Shown: in pieces, positions 62,735 to 64,000 of the stretch
Layout of the letters: each line of letters opens with the position of its first letter
Position numbering within the stretch: the first letter of the stretch is position 1
Assembly: GCF_003704095.1 (NCBI RefSeq)
Contig: NW_020843568.1
Span: forward strand, 186,001-250,000
Reading direction: 5' to 3'
Origin: Pocillopora damicornis
Lineage: Eukaryota
Length of the DNA: 64,000 bases
Made by a program: the position numbers and the translations under genes
The notes under the pieces: model-generated
The model's input: the letters and a program-made list of their open reading frames with translations, nothing else
Databases searched by the model: none
Told to the model about the DNA's origin: nothing

Positions 62735-63188
62735 TTCGTAACAAAAATATCCCAAAAAAGCCGAAGATGCCGAAATATGTGCAGTGACTTCAAAAACCAC
62801 AACAAACAAAATCTTAACGGCGGTGACCAGTCTTAGAGCCCAGTTCTCCCCGAGTAAGATCGTGAGCGCTGCCATAGCCTAGCGCATTTTACCAAAACAA
62901 CTGAACAAGGAAATGATGGAAAGAGATTTATTGCGGGAGATGATAAAATATTTGGGACGAGACTGGTATATAGCTCGTTAGCTGACAAGCACTAACGCGG
63001 TGAAAAATTAGTATGGAGTACTTTGTGATGCTCCTCAAATTTCCGCGCTTATTTATTGCTATAATATGCCCACTGAACGTAACTCAGCTCTGGCTATGAC
63101 AATCTGAGTTGTTCTCATTCTTTTCCAACGAAACCATTATTTTACAGATAATTTCAAAATAATCTATTGACATTTGAAGACACAGACG

Positions 63189-64000
63189 TTAAATCAAATT
63201 TTTACCGGGCTTCGCTGCTTCATTCCAATTGTAAACAGAAACTTCTCTTAATACTATAGATCTTCTCTTTGTGACAAGTTTATTGATCCTTAGGCTAACT
63301 GCAGAGACAGTTTTATTTGCCAAGTCTTTTGGAAAAGGATGAATTCTTTTATGTCCTATGGTGCTTCCCAACTCTGGAGTCGAAATCCAACCGTCTTTAG
63401 TTTTCAGCTTTAGTTCATATTTCATGACTAATTGACCATATCTCTCAATATCTTCCATCAGGATAACAGAACCATTGAGACTTCTAAATGCTGTAAACTT
63501 CCAAATTTTCTTCTTTCCAATTTTTAATCTAGGCTTGAATGATTTTTTAACAGGATCTTTGTATAACAGTGCAATCGCCTTTCCCAGTTTCTCGTATGCC
63601 TTACGATCCTCCTCGGGTACCAGCCCGCGGGTATCGGGATTGAGGTTCAGAATCAATGTACATCCATGACCCACGCTTGTTAGATATTCACTCAAAAGTC
63701 TGCGGACACTTTTCACTGAGTACTCCGTGTCAGGTTGCCAGAACCAAAAGTGTTCACGAATAACGGTATCGCAGTTTGCGGGACAGAACAGCTGACCATA
63801 CGGGCTTCCTTGAATTATTTTACCTGTAACAGAAGGGAAAAATAAAAATGAAACCTTATGATTCCAAATAAGATTATGTTTTTTCAATGTTTAATTCTTT
63901 GAAGTTGCGATTCCAACCAGAAACAGCCAGTAAGCTGGAGTTTTTATATGGAAATGACCAGTTTGGTGACAAGACTTTTAACTCACCATCTGGTGTCTTC
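63189..64000 (-). CDS. Alpha-L-fucosidase GH29 (GH29-B / plant-bacterial type), 3' part: exon 63823-63189 plus partial exon 64000-63987
   Basis: PANCDTVIREHFWFW...KS...L...YLTSVGHGCTLILNLNPDTRGLV and a C-terminal beta-sandwich MEDIERYGQLV...W...GSTIGHKRI; phase-1 GT-AG intron. Confidence 0.85.

Overview
AT-rich eukaryotic (animal) genomic DNA with spliceosomal GT-AG introns and three N gaps. Gene content and repeat types suggest a cnidarian, probably a stony coral (inference). Genes in order: last exon of a rhodopsin-type GPCR (+); 8-exon Tbx15/18/22-type T-box gene (-); intronless 528-aa orphan (+); peptide-receptor-like GPCR (-); secreted WSC-like/mucin/VWA protein (+); MFSD6-like transporter (-); secreted single-VWA protein (-); then a compact housekeeping block of SLC35F1/2 (-), RAB39 (+), SON (-), JAGN1 (+), IRAK1BP1 (-) and the 3' end of a GH29-B-type fucosidase (-). 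Highlights: (1) two palindromic Penelope-like insertions carry minimal hammerhead ribozymes; one has a 15-bp target duplication, the other a 10 x 19-bp array built from the ribozyme core and bounded by a telomerase-template-like 5-nt redundancy; (2) a VWA protein, whose last exon is absent from the ORF track, has a Cys-bracketed alternating poly-Asp/poly-Arg insert inside the domain; (3) a head-to-head SLC35F/RAB39 pair matches the human arrangement as I recall it. All exon models were built by hand, and family names come from recalled motifs, not database searches.
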